A stretch of DNA of 64,000 nucleotides from a virus: positions 1-64,000 of IMG/VR virus record IMGVR_UViG_3300033064_001806; one strand, written 5' to 3'. The notes under the pieces are model-generated. The model did no database searches, had not been told where the DNA came from, and worked only from the letters and a program-made list of their open reading frames with translations. The stretch's first letter is position 1; each line of letters starts with the position of its first letter. Position numbers and translations under genes: made by a program. Shown in pieces: positions 1 to 9,533 of the stretch.

Positions 1-888
1 GATACTGCAACAGGTAAATCATCACCAGTTCAAGTAGGTACACTAACTAATTGGAGTAGTGTATCAGCAGGAAACAATCAGACAATTGCAATTAAAACAG
101 ATGGTACTGCATGGGCTTGGGGGGTTAATACAAACGGTAGGTTAGGTTTGGGTGATTCAGCAAATAGATCATCACCAGTTCAAGTAGGAACACTAACTAA
201 TTGGGTATCTGGTTCAGCTACTTCAACAGTTAGTGCAATATTAAATTCATCTGGCATTGTATATACCGCTGGTAATAATGCAAGTGTAATAGTTAACGCG
301 TTAGGAAGGTATGTTTCTTCTACATTTGACAGATCATCACCAGTTCAAGTAGGAACACTAACTAATTGGAGTAGTATTTCATTGAAGTACAATCATTGTC
401 TTGCGATAACAACAGCTGGCTCTCTCTACTCGTGGGGAGCTAATAGTTTTGGTCAACTTGGAAATTGGACGGGTGGACCGATTTTTGATAAGTCATCTCC
501 TGTTCAAGTGGGAGGATTAACTGATTGGAGTACTGCACAAGCGGGTGACTTCCATAGTGTTGGAACAGCAACAGATGGTACATTATGGACTTGGGGGTTA
601 AATGATAGTGGTCAACTTGGTCTTGGGGTTACTACTAATCGATCAAGTCCAGTTCAAGTAGGTACACTTGCAACATGGAACAAATCGTCTGCTGGAGTTT
701 CTTTTACCATGGCAATTAAAACGGATGGAACTCTTTGGGGTTGGGGATTGAATACGGGTGGTCAATTAGGTTTGGATGCTATTGGTAATTTTAATAAATC
801 ATCTCCAGTTCAAGTAGGAACATCTATCAGTTGGCATTCTGTTTCAATTGATGAAGTACAAAGTATTTTAATAAAGCGGTATCAATAA
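1..888 (+). CDS. RCC1-repeat beta-propeller protein (5' truncated by window), probable tail fibre/receptor-binding protein
   Basis: Frame is open from base 1; repeated SSPVQVGTLTNW / DGTLWxWGxNxxGQLG RCC1 blades. Confidence 0.85.
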   Translation, partial: DTATGKSSPVQVGTLTNWSSVSAGNNQTIAIKTDGTAWAWGVNTNGRLGLGDSANRSSPVQVGTLTNWVSGSATSTVSAILNSSGIVYTAGNNASVIVNALGRYVSSTFDRSSPVQVGTLTNWSSISLKYNHCLAITTAGSLYSWGANSFGQLGNWTGGPIFDKSSPVQVGGLTDWSTAQAGDFHSVGTATDGTLWTWGLNDSGQLGLGVTTNRSSPVQVGTLATWNKSSAGVSFTMAIKTDGTLWGWGLNTGGQLGLDAIGNFNKSSPVQVGTSISWHSVSIDEVQSILIKRYQ

Positions 889-890
889 TA

Positions 891-922
891 TTTGGTTTAT
901 ACCTATAAAAAGTGTATATTTG
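891..922 (+). promoter_or_regulatory. Bacteroidota sigma70-type promoter (-33 TTTG, -7 TAnnTTTG)
   Basis: TTTG 891-894, 20-nt spacer, TATATTTG 915-922, upstream of the glycosyltransferase cluster. Confidence 0.7.
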
Positions 923-955
923 TAGTTAACATATTAAAAATAAAAGGTTTTGTTT

Positions 956-1963
956 ATGGATAAAAATAAAATGCATCCACTTGATGTTGCATTGGAAGCA
1001 TCTATTGGCGGTAATCCAAATTTAAGTGAAGAAATTTTAAGAAGTGAATCACAAGCAGACTATCGTGTTCTGTTTAACTTAGGTTGGCATGAAATGCGCC
1101 ATGGAAACATGATGAAAGCGTTTGAACATTTCAATTATGGTAGATTTATTAATGTATTCGGTCTTCCAGCACTACCAGGAAAGATATGGAAGGATGAACC
1201 ACTTGTGGGCAAAACACTTCTTTTCAGATGCGAAGGTGGTTATGGAGACCAAATTCTTAATTTTCGTTTCGCTAAGAGATTTGAGGAAATGGGTGCAAGA
1301 GTTTTAGTATCATGTGCACCAGAATTAAAAGAAATTTTCTCTCGTCACGGTTTTATCTGTGTTGATAATGAAGTAATTATGTGTGCACATTATGATTATT
1401 GGATTCCAGCTATGTCTACTCCTTATGTTTTGGGGATGGAATTGGATGATTTAGATGGAAAACCTTTTATATTCCCAAAAGAAAAAAGAAATTTGTTTTC
1501 TAAGAAGGGTGCATTGAAGGTTGGTATTCGTTGGAGTGGTTCATCTGAATTTGAAGACGAACAACACAGAAGATTTCCATCGGAATTGATGATTGATCTT
1601 CATGATATTCCAAATACAACATTTTACTCACTACAAAGAGATGAAAACCTTGTAGATGGTCTTCCATTTGGTGATATGCGTGAACAAATGAAGACTTGGG
1701 AAGATACTGCTTCTATTATTGCAGGTTGCGATGTCATAATTACATCTTGTACATCTATCGCACACCTTTCTGCTGCTATGGGAATATCAACATGGATTGT
1801 TACACCTATCATGCCTTACTATACGTGGGTATTTCCAGGTGATAATTCACATTGGTATGATTCTGTTAGACTATTCAGACAAGAAAAATATGGAGAATGG
1901 GATGCACCTTTTCAAAAAATTCGTGAAGAACTCACTAAACTGGTAGAAGGATATGGAAAATGA
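956..1963 (+). CDS. TPR-like plus GT-B (GT9-like) glycosyltransferase
   Basis: EGGYGDQI..RF, VGIRWSG, YSLQ and DVIITSCTSIAHLSAAMG..TW motifs typical of TPR-GT9 proteins; ATG at 956. Confidence 0.75.
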   Translation: MDKNKMHPLDVALEASIGGNPNLSEEILRSESQADYRVLFNLGWHEMRHGNMMKAFEHFNYGRFINVFGLPALPGKIWKDEPLVGKTLLFRCEGGYGDQILNFRFAKRFEEMGARVLVSCAPELKEIFSRHGFICVDNEVIMCAHYDYWIPAMSTPYVLGMELDDLDGKPFIFPKEKRNLFSKKGALKVGIRWSGSSEFEDEQHRRFPSELMIDLHDIPNTTFYSLQRDENLVDGLPFGDMREQMKTWEDTASIIAGCDVIITSCTSIAHLSAAMGISTWIVTPIMPYYTWVFPGDNSHWYDSVRLFRQEKYGEWDAPFQKIREELTKLVEGYGK

Positions 1964-2577
1964 TACAACATTATTATTTCGCTGTTCCAGGATGGTTTGT
2001 ACAAGAAAATTTATTTACCCAAATGGTTTTATCATGTAATGATAGTGACCAATATCATTTTGTAGAGATTGGCAGTTGGAAAGGTAAATCATCAACTTAT
2101 ATGGGCGTTGAAATAATCAACAGCGGTAAAAAAATTAAATTTGACTGTGTAGACACATGGTTGGGTTCACCCGAACACTTGGATAAAAACAATGATGCAT
2201 ACGAACCACTACTTGAAATACCAAATGGTTTATACAATGAGTTTATAAAAAATATACATCCAGTTAAATCTGCCATACATCCGATACAAATGACTTCGGT
2301 TGAGGCATCTAAATTATATGAAGATGGGAGTTTAGATTTTATTTTCATAGACGGAGCACATGATTACAAAAGTGTTAAAGAAGATGTAGAACACTGGTTT
2401 CCAAAATTAAAAGTTGGTGGATATATTACCGGTGATGATTATGTAGGGCATGGACTTTCTGTTAGTAATGCGGTTGATGAATACTTTGGTAAAAATAATG
2501 TAACCACTATAAAAGCTCCTGCATACAAATATGCAGAACAAACTTGGGTAGTTAAAAAGAAAGAGGAGTTATTATGA
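1960..2577 (+). CDS. Class I SAM-dependent methyltransferase (Methyltransf_24-like)
   Basis: VEIGSWKGKS motif I, LDFIFIDGAHDY, LKVGGYITGDDY. Confidence 0.85.
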   Translation: MIQHYYFAVPGWFVQENLFTQMVLSCNDSDQYHFVEIGSWKGKSSTYMGVEIINSGKKIKFDCVDTWLGSPEHLDKNNDAYEPLLEIPNGLYNEFIKNIHPVKSAIHPIQMTSVEASKLYEDGSLDFIFIDGAHDYKSVKEDVEHWFPKLKVGGYITGDDYVGHGLSVSNAVDEYFGKNNVTTIKAPAYKYAEQTWVVKKKEELL

Positions 2578-3350
2578 ATATAGATATTATACTACGAACA
2601 CATGATTTAATAGATATTCATCCTGCGAGAGAACCTAGATACTGTGGTGTTGATAAACAAACACTTATTCGTAAGTCTGTAACTTCACTTGTAAATAGTG
2701 CGGATAATTATGAGGGTGGTAAAGTAAAATTTATTTGGTTAGATGACCACTCATTTCAATCTACGATAGATTATATACACGAAATATTTAAGAAATCCAA
2801 ACATGAATACGAATATATCCCGCTTGAAGAAAAGGGTTTTAATTATTCAGGATATATGCAATTTGAAATGGGTAGAAGATCAACTGCAGATTTAATTTAT
2901 TTCGTAGAGGATGATTATCTACATTATCCAACTGCAATAGAAGAAATGGTTGATTCCTATGTAACATTCAAAAAAAATCTTGGTGTTGAAGTTGCTATTC
3001 ATCCATTTGATGATCCAGACAACTATAAAACAAAATACATAGATGAATGCAGAATTGTTCTCGGTAAGAACAGAAGATTTAGAACAAACAAATATTCTAC
3101 TTTTGTTTTCATTTGTTCACCAGAATTGATTAGAAAACATTGGAGTAGATTCTATATGCTTTCAACTGAATACATGACAGAATGGGGAGAAAGAAATTTA
3201 GTTCACGAAGGAACAACTATCAACCATATTTGGAGATGGGAAGCAAAATTGTTCACACCAATCACTTCACTAGCACTTCATATGGGGTTTGATGAACAAA
3301 AAGATGCCTTTTTAGATTGGAAAGAATTGTGGAACTCAATAAAGATATAA
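2574..3350 (+). CDS. GT-A fold (GT2-like) glycosyltransferase
   Basis: WLDDHS and IYFVEDDYLH DxD-type motifs, C-terminal SLALH. Confidence 0.7.
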   Translation: MNIDIILRTHDLIDIHPAREPRYCGVDKQTLIRKSVTSLVNSADNYEGGKVKFIWLDDHSFQSTIDYIHEIFKKSKHEYEYIPLEEKGFNYSGYMQFEMGRRSTADLIYFVEDDYLHYPTAIEEMVDSYVTFKKNLGVEVAIHPFDDPDNYKTKYIDECRIVLGKNRRFRTNKYSTFVFICSPELIRKHWSRFYMLSTEYMTEWGERNLVHEGTTINHIWRWEAKLFTPITSLALHMGFDEQKDAFLDWKELWNSIKI

Positions 3351-3352
3351 CT

Positions 3353-4036
3353 ATGAAAATATCATACCATACTTTACATTGGGATAATGTAGATAGTAAA
3401 ATTTTAGAATCACATAAAAAAGTATTTAATCATTTTGGAATTGATATTCAATATACGAACATGAATGTTAATCAAGGTGTTTGGATGACAAGTGTTTGCC
3501 GTAATACAATATCCGATGTTTATGTATTTTTTGAAGTGGACTGTGTTCCACTTAATAAACAAGTTATTGATGATTGTATAAAATATGCAGTTGATAATAA
3601 TTCAATGGTTGGTGCTGCTCAAGTTTCAAATCATATATTACCAAAAACTCATGTTTATGTTGCACCATGTTTTCTTGTTTTGTCTCGTAAATGTTATGAA
3701 GAATTAAATATGCCTTCTATGTATCCATCGGAGAGGGGTGATACAGCGGAAGAATTAAGTTATGCCGCTGAATATTATGGAAAGAGATACCGTTGCCTTT
3801 ATCCTACAAAATTCGATGGTGTTCCAAAGAATGATGGTGTTTGGAGATTATCCAATTATGGATATTATGGAATAGGTACATTGTACGAAAATAAAATTTA
3901 TCATTTGTTTGAAAGTAGATGGAATGACCATATTGATTTGTTCGAGAAAAGATGTAATCAAATAATCGATGGTAATTTTGATACAAATGGTATGTATAAT
4001 TCGTTAGACGAATTTAATGGAAAGACAATTGTTTAA
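3353..4036 (+). CDS. Putative GT-A glycosyltransferase
   Basis: VFFEVDCVPL DxD-like motif, RGDTAE, IYHLF; lies in the GT cluster; ATG at 3353. Confidence 0.55.
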   Translation: MKISYHTLHWDNVDSKILESHKKVFNHFGIDIQYTNMNVNQGVWMTSVCRNTISDVYVFFEVDCVPLNKQVIDDCIKYAVDNNSMVGAAQVSNHILPKTHVYVAPCFLVLSRKCYEELNMPSMYPSERGDTAEELSYAAEYYGKRYRCLYPTKFDGVPKNDGVWRLSNYGYYGIGTLYENKIYHLFESRWNDHIDLFEKRCNQIIDGNFDTNGMYNSLDEFNGKTIV

Positions 4037-4083
4037 TGTTTATATTTATATATGATTCATTTTACTAACTAATGGAACTATAA

Positions 4084-4536
4084 ATGAGATACGTGTATGT
4101 AGAAAACGGTATAGTTGCAAGTGAAAATCGTTATTTACCTATGAATTGGAATAATATATCTAATTTTAATTCATTGGATGCCGATTCATTGAAGCAATTT
4201 GGGTGGTATCCATACCGATTTGTTGGAGCAACAATACCAAGTGGTTATACAGTTGATAGTTCTTATTATGAAATTACTGATGATGAAGTACTTGAAATTC
4301 AAACTGCAAGACCTTTAACAGATGAAGAAAATCAAACTATAATTGAGTCACAATGGAATAATATAAGATCAAGACGAAATATTGAATTAAATGAAAGTGA
4401 TTGGACACACATTTCAGATTCACCATTAACTGCTGAAAAAAAAGAAGAATGGCAAATATATCGTCAAGAATTAAGAGACATAACTAAGCAATCTAACCCA
4501 TTTTCAGTAGAATGGCCAACTCCACCGGATGCATAA
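4084..4536 (+). CDS. Tail fibre assembly chaperone-like protein
   Basis: C-terminal IRSRRN..L.ESDWT....PL....W..YRQELRDI..Q..P....WP.PP signature. Confidence 0.8.
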   Translation: MRYVYVENGIVASENRYLPMNWNNISNFNSLDADSLKQFGWYPYRFVGATIPSGYTVDSSYYEITDDEVLEIQTARPLTDEENQTIIESQWNNIRSRRNIELNESDWTHISDSPLTAEKKEEWQIYRQELRDITKQSNPFSVEWPTPPDA

Positions 4537-6817
4537 AGTGAAAAATAAAGTATTACAACTAATAAAAGAAATGAATCTTGCTATCTTCAATGAAAATGAT
4601 TTGGTAGATAAGCAGATTATTGTTTTATATCCAGGTACTTTTAATCCAATGGCTTTGCACCATAAAGAAGAATATGATAGATTGTGCCGTAGATTTGGTT
4701 CAGATAGTGTGTATATTGTTACCGATGATATACAAGACGCTATTAGAAAACCACTTACGTTTGCAGAAAAAAACGCTATAATGAAGCGTCATAATGTAAA
4801 GAATGTTATTAAAACAACAAATCCTTATAACCCACTTGAATTATTAGAAGACTTCGATTCAACACATACGGTAGTTATATACGCAGTTGGAAAAGATAAT
4901 ATCGGTAAATTAAATGAATTCAAGCGGTTAACTAAGTATAATAAGGCTTCTAATTTACCTTATAAAGATATTCAAAATCCTTATTTATATTATGTAATTA
5001 CAAATCATGTTGTTTATAATATACCCAGCTTTGGACAAATGAATCAAGAAAATATTCAAAAAGCGTTGGGTGATAAAACTGCTAAACTAACAGAATTAAA
5101 ATCTCGTTTTATTTCTATTTTTGGTTGGTTTGATGCTCAGATTTTTAATACAGTTGTTGCAAGAATGAATGTAAAACGCGGTGAAATGATTGAAGTAAAA
5201 AAGAAAAAGAAAGGCGAGTTAAGACCACTTCACATGATAACAAAAAAGTTTTGGGATAAAGTATTTGAATCTGTTATAACAGAAGAAATAATAGCTTATC
5301 ACAGAAGTTCAAAAAATCTTCATAAGTTTGATATATCAAATGTTAGTGTTGATAGTAATAGACAAAGATATGGATATGGGCTTTATTTTTCTGATAATAT
5401 ACCACATAATCAGTACGGTGATTACTTATATAAAGTAAAACTTTTTAAAGATAAAAAAGAATATGTTTTAATAGACACACAGAATCCAGTTGAAGAAGAT
5501 ATAGTTAATAAAATTGTAGAATCAATTAAGGGGTATGGTAAAAATTCTGATGAAGTTGTTAAGTTTGCTTATAGTGGTTGGTTATTTTACAAAACTTTAT
5601 CAAGAATTTTAGGTGGTGATAAATACGCTTCTTTATTTTTATTTAATAATGGCGTTGATGGTTTAAAAAATAGGATAAGTAATAATTGGAATGATTATAT
5701 ATTATTTAATGATGATTCTATAACTATTGAAGATATTAAATATGACAAAGTATTTGAATCTGTTATAACAGAAGAAGTAGAACAAATAAATGAAGTAGCA
5801 ACATTACCGACTGGTTTATTGAAAGAAATAGAACCAGTTGCCATAGAACTTTTTACGGAAATTGCTGATTTAATACGATTAGATTCGAGTTTTAATGGAT
5901 TTAAGCGTATTTTAGTTTCTAAAACCGAATCTGGACTTGAAAATCAACAATATATTACAACAATTGTAAACCGTTGGATTAAAAACGAAGACTATGTTAA
6001 ACAATATGGTAATGAATTTTTTAAGAGTATTAAGTTACAATCTGTTGAAATTGAAATTGAAGGTGGATTTGCTGCCAAATTTCCTGAAATAACAAAAGTT
6101 GTACAGTATTGTTTTAAAAATGGTAAAGATGTAGAAAATGCAGGATTCTCTTTGGAAATAGAACATTTACTTGATCCAGATTTTGATTCAGAATATGAAT
6201 TAAATAATAAAATAAATTATACAAAATTTAATTCTGAGTTGACACAATTTTCTACCTTTAGTGATGAGTTTGCCGGCGGTGCTGCATTAGGTTCTTCTAC
6301 TAACTTTTTAGATAAAGCACGATTTATAATATATTTCACATTTGAATTTATTCCATTCTTTATAAAGATACAACTTGTAAAACGTGGTACAATAGAAACT
6401 ACAGTTGATACTATAATACAAGAATTTGTTAAAAAAGTATTTTTACCTACTATTGCACATGAGTTGATACATTATGTACAAAGAGTAAAAGAATTTTCTA
6501 ATTCTCAAACACTTCATGGTGCATCATATAATCGTTTACCGAAAGATGATCCAAATTTTTGGAAAACATATTTGTCTGATACTATGGAAATTGGTGCTCA
6601 TGCAGAAGAATTTGTAGAACAAATGAGATCGAATTTTCCAATGGAAACTGATAAATCAATATTGAAAATGTTACAATACGATGAAATACCACTCGGTGCA
6701 TCAGACGCACTAAAAAAATATTACGATGCGTTTTTCAAGGAAATGGGTAATAGTCCAAATGATCCAGTTAAGAAAAGATTTATAAAAACAGTTTATCAAA
6801 TCATAGATAAAAGTTAA
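4529..6817 (+). CDS. Polyvalent protein: degenerate HIGH-type nucleotidyltransferase, ART-like domain and zincin metallopeptidase
   Basis: LYPGTFNPMALHH; AYHRS...F.....YGYGLYFSD; TIAHELIHYVQ...Y....EIGAHA. Confidence 0.65.
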   Translation: MHKVKNKVLQLIKEMNLAIFNENDLVDKQIIVLYPGTFNPMALHHKEEYDRLCRRFGSDSVYIVTDDIQDAIRKPLTFAEKNAIMKRHNVKNVIKTTNPYNPLELLEDFDSTHTVVIYAVGKDNIGKLNEFKRLTKYNKASNLPYKDIQNPYLYYVITNHVVYNIPSFGQMNQENIQKALGDKTAKLTELKSRFISIFGWFDAQIFNTVVARMNVKRGEMIEVKKKKKGELRPLHMITKKFWDKVFESVITEEIIAYHRSSKNLHKFDISNVSVDSNRQRYGYGLYFSDNIPHNQYGDYLYKVKLFKDKKEYVLIDTQNPVEEDIVNKIVESIKGYGKNSDEVVKFAYSGWLFYKTLSRILGGDKYASLFLFNNGVDGLKNRISNNWNDYILFNDDSITIEDIKYDKVFESVITEEVEQINEVATLPTGLLKEIEPVAIELFTEIADLIRLDSSFNGFKRILVSKTESGLENQQYITTIVNRWIKNEDYVKQYGNEFFKSIKLQSVEIEIEGGFAAKFPEITKVVQYCFKNGKDVENAGFSLEIEHLLDPDFDSEYELNNKINYTKFNSELTQFSTFSDEFAGGAALGSSTNFLDKARFIIYFTFEFIPFFIKIQLVKRGTIETTVDTIIQEFVKKVFLPTIAHELIHYVQRVKEFSNSQTLHGASYNRLPKDDPNFWKTYLSDTMEIGAHAEEFVEQMRSNFPMETDKSILKMLQYDEIPLGASDALKKYYDAFFKEMGNSPNDPVKKRFIKTVYQIIDKS
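5258..5776 (+). repeat. Perfect 30-bp direct repeat (5258-5287 and 5747-5776) flanking the ART domain
   Basis: aaagtatttgaatctgttataacagaagaa occurs twice, 489 bp (163 codons) apart; encodes KVFESVITEE. Confidence 0.95.
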
Positions 6818-6839
6818 TAAAGTAATAAAAGGTTATGTT

Positions 6840-7481
6840 ATGGAAATAAAAATTGAGAATATACAAGATGTTAAAAAACTTCTTGCAGGTGAACACGATA
6901 GTCAGAATAAAGTTCAAATCGGTTATGTGGGTGAACCATTAGAAGATACAGAAACAAGAAAAGTTGGTGATAAATGGTTTGATTCTGATGGAAATGAATG
7001 GGAACAAAAGAATGGATATAAAGTAAAACTTGGAAAACAATGGCAACAAGAATTACATCAGTATTTAACTACATTCAAAAATTGTCCAAAAGAAACTTGT
7101 ACTTGTTCAATGCCAAAGCGATTAGATGAAAAGATGAGAAATATACATGGAATGTGTTTTGACTGTGTAATTGACATGGAACACAAACTTCGCTTAGAAG
7201 GTAAGTGGGATGAATATGAAAACAGAAAAGTAAAAGAAAATGCTATTGCTTGGTTAGCGGAAGCAGAAAGAGATAAAAATGTAGTAGCAGAAGAATTGTC
7301 TAAAGTAGATTTTGCTAATTCTTTCGGTGATTCTGAAAAATGGAATGTTCCAATAAGTAAAGATGAATTATTAGAAAAAATAGAAAAGGAATTTGAAGAG
7401 TTTAGAAAAAACTTTATTGCAAAGTTGGAAAATGGAGAACAGAATGAAACAGTTAATAGTAGAGCGAGCAGTACCAACTAA
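6840..7481 (+). CDS. Hypothetical protein with Cys cluster (possible Zn finger)
   Basis: CPKETCTC...CFDC; intact ORF with phage-like codon usage. Confidence 0.6.
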   Translation: MEIKIENIQDVKKLLAGEHDSQNKVQIGYVGEPLEDTETRKVGDKWFDSDGNEWEQKNGYKVKLGKQWQQELHQYLTTFKNCPKETCTCSMPKRLDEKMRNIHGMCFDCVIDMEHKLRLEGKWDEYENRKVKENAIAWLAEAERDKNVVAEELSKVDFANSFGDSEKWNVPISKDELLEKIEKEFEEFRKNFIAKLENGEQNETVNSRASSTN

Positions 7482-8019
7482 CAAGAAATTATACTCTAGT
7501 ATAAAATCTCGCGTTAAAAAAAGATTTAAGGTATGGCCAAGTGCATATGCTTCCGCTGCATTAGTAAAAGCATACAAAAAAGCAGGTGGAGGATATAGAA
7601 CTGTTAAGGAAACTATTCAAAATCCGCAATATACATTAGAAGGATTCTCTACTGATTGTAGTGATTCAATTGTTGAATTGCATTTCAAACTCGGTGACGG
7701 TACAAAAGAAAATTTAACAGAAGCAAAATACCGTGGAAGAAAAGTTTCACTTGGTAAACCATTCAGAACTCCAGATGGACCAAAAAAGTTTTCTGTTTAT
7801 GTAAAAAAACCAAACGGAAATATAGTAAAAGTAAACTTTGGACATAAAGGAAAAGGCGGTGAAAAAACAATGCGTATAAAGAAAAGTAACCCTACTCGTA
7901 GAAAAGCGTTTCGTTCAAGGCATAACTGCGATAATCCTGGAAAAAGATGGAAAGCAAGATACTGGTCATGTAGATTCGGTTGGCCTAGCTCTGGTAAAGG
8001 TGCAATAGATAAAACATAA
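7444..8019 (+). CDS. Basic two-module protein, probable head-internal protein (DUF6321-like C-terminus)
   Basis: WPSAYAS..LVKAYK..GG.YR module; LTEA site followed by KKFSVYVK...VKVNFG...FRSRHNC...ARYWSC; start 7432 or 7444. Confidence 0.6.
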   Translation: MKQLIVERAVPTNKKLYSSIKSRVKKRFKVWPSAYASAALVKAYKKAGGGYRTVKETIQNPQYTLEGFSTDCSDSIVELHFKLGDGTKENLTEAKYRGRKVSLGKPFRTPDGPKKFSVYVKKPNGNIVKVNFGHKGKGGEKTMRIKKSNPTRRKAFRSRHNCDNPGKRWKARYWSCRFGWPSSGKGAIDKT

Positions 8020-8022
8020 GTT

Positions 8023-8793
8023 ATGAACAAAGAAACATTCAAATCAATTTTACAACCAGAAATGGGTGCAAATAATGTTGCAACAACTGATGATGCTGCA
8101 CGGATATTATCGGACGCTTATGATTACGCAAACATTGCAAATACTTGTACTTTTTTCGGTTCTATGGTTGCAAGTGGTGATAAAGCAACATTAAAAGATT
8201 TGATAAAAAATGGATTTGACTTAAATAGAGCAACTGGTGGTGATGAGGGTTATATATTAATTGCAACTGGCTTTTGTTTGTATTGGATAAAATCTACGTT
8301 CACACAATTACCACCAATGCCACCAACAACAGTTCCACTCGCTGGAACAATGGTTTTATTTCCAGGAAATCCAAAAGATTTAGAAAAGGAAATTAAATTA
8401 GCTTTTAGTCAAGGTGATTTTAATCTTTTTGTTGATTCTTTATACTCTGCTCTCGTTGGTCATCAGACTACAATAGTAGGTACTTACAATGGACTTGTTC
8501 CATCTGTTCCTGCTCCTATAGCAGTAACATTACCTTGGTTGGGCTTACTGAGTGTACCACCACCGTCTGGAAGTGGGTTATCTGGTAGTGCAGCGATTGA
8601 GGATGAACTGAAAAGTAAAGCAGGTGAGAAACTTGAAGACTTAAAAAAATTGGTTGAGGATGCAGTTAAAAAAGCAGCAGCGGGTGGAACTAAAGAAACA
8701 CTAAAAGGAACATTAGATGATGTAATTGGAAAGGTTGGTGAGTTAGGAAAATCAGTTGCAACAAATTCTATAACAGAACCAACAGTTAAATAA
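8023..8793 (+). CDS. Hypothetical protein, possibly virion-associated
   Basis: Intact ORF with Pro-rich loops (LPPMPP, VPAP..LPW). Confidence 0.5.
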   Translation: MNKETFKSILQPEMGANNVATTDDAARILSDAYDYANIANTCTFFGSMVASGDKATLKDLIKNGFDLNRATGGDEGYILIATGFCLYWIKSTFTQLPPMPPTTVPLAGTMVLFPGNPKDLEKEIKLAFSQGDFNLFVDSLYSALVGHQTTIVGTYNGLVPSVPAPIAVTLPWLGLLSVPPPSGSGLSGSAAIEDELKSKAGEKLEDLKKLVEDAVKKAAAGGTKETLKGTLDDVIGKVGELGKSVATNSITEPTVK

Positions 8794-8850
8794 CCACCAA
8801 TTGAAACTCTTGGACCAAATAACTTTTCTGGATAAAGCATATTTATCTGT

Positions 8851-9183
8851 ATGAACAACACACAGAAAAATATAACAAAGAAAATAATACGTGAGTATGT
8901 GATAAACTATTTAATGGAAGGTAAGAAACCAAAAGGTGGACTTTCCAAATGGTTTAAAGAAAAATGGATTGATATTTCACGTAAAAGCAAAAAAGGTGGG
9001 CATCCACCATGTGGTGATTCCGCTGGAAGTAAGTCAAGAAAAGGTGGAAAGAGAGCATATCCAAAATGTGTACCTGCGAGTAAAGCAACATCAATGACTG
9101 CAAAACAAAAGAAAAGTGCAGTAACACGTAAAAGAAAATATGGTGCAACTAAACGTGGAAAAGCAAAAATGGTTTCAACTTAA
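8851..9183 (+). CDS. Small basic protein (DUF5872-like)
   Basis: GGL.KWFKEKW.DI...PCG...YPKCVP..KA motif after a helical leader ending LMEG. Confidence 0.55.
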   Translation: MNNTQKNITKKIIREYVINYLMEGKKPKGGLSKWFKEKWIDISRKSKKGGHPPCGDSAGSKSRKGGKRAYPKCVPASKATSMTAKQKKSAVTRKRKYGATKRGKAKMVST

Positions 9184-9197
9184 ACGGAAGGTTAGTT

Positions 9198-9530
9198 ATG
9201 GAAATGGATAAAAAAATAGAAATGATATTGAAGGCACTTGCCGTATTTGGTTTGATTGGTGTTATATTATTTATATTCATAGATACAAAAATTGAAGGTG
9301 ATAATATAAGACAATACACAAAAACAAAAGATAGTTTGGAAGGTGTAATTCAAATGTATCAAGCGGAGTACATAATTCTAAAAGAACACTCTGATAGATT
9401 GGATTCCATTATAAAGTCGCAAACCGAGAAGGTAAAATATATTAAGAAAAACTTTTATATATTTAAAACACCAAAGATTAATAATCCAGATTCAGCAACA
9501 AAGTACATTCAGAATTTTATAAAAGAGTAA
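9198..9530 (+). CDS. Membrane-anchored coiled-coil protein (i-spanin-like)
   Basis: N-terminal TM segment (ALAVFGLIGVILFIFI) followed by a coiled coil. Confidence 0.4.
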   Translation: MEMDKKIEMILKALAVFGLIGVILFIFIDTKIEGDNIRQYTKTKDSLEGVIQMYQAEYIILKEHSDRLDSIIKSQTEKVKYIKKNFYIFKTPKINNPDSATKYIQNFIKE

Positions 9531-9533
9531 GTT

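Noticed and set aside
1-888. Near-identical RCC1 repeat segments as a DGR template/variable repeat pair
   Set aside because: Ordinary propeller-blade repeats; no adenine-specific pattern seen and no reverse transcriptase in the window
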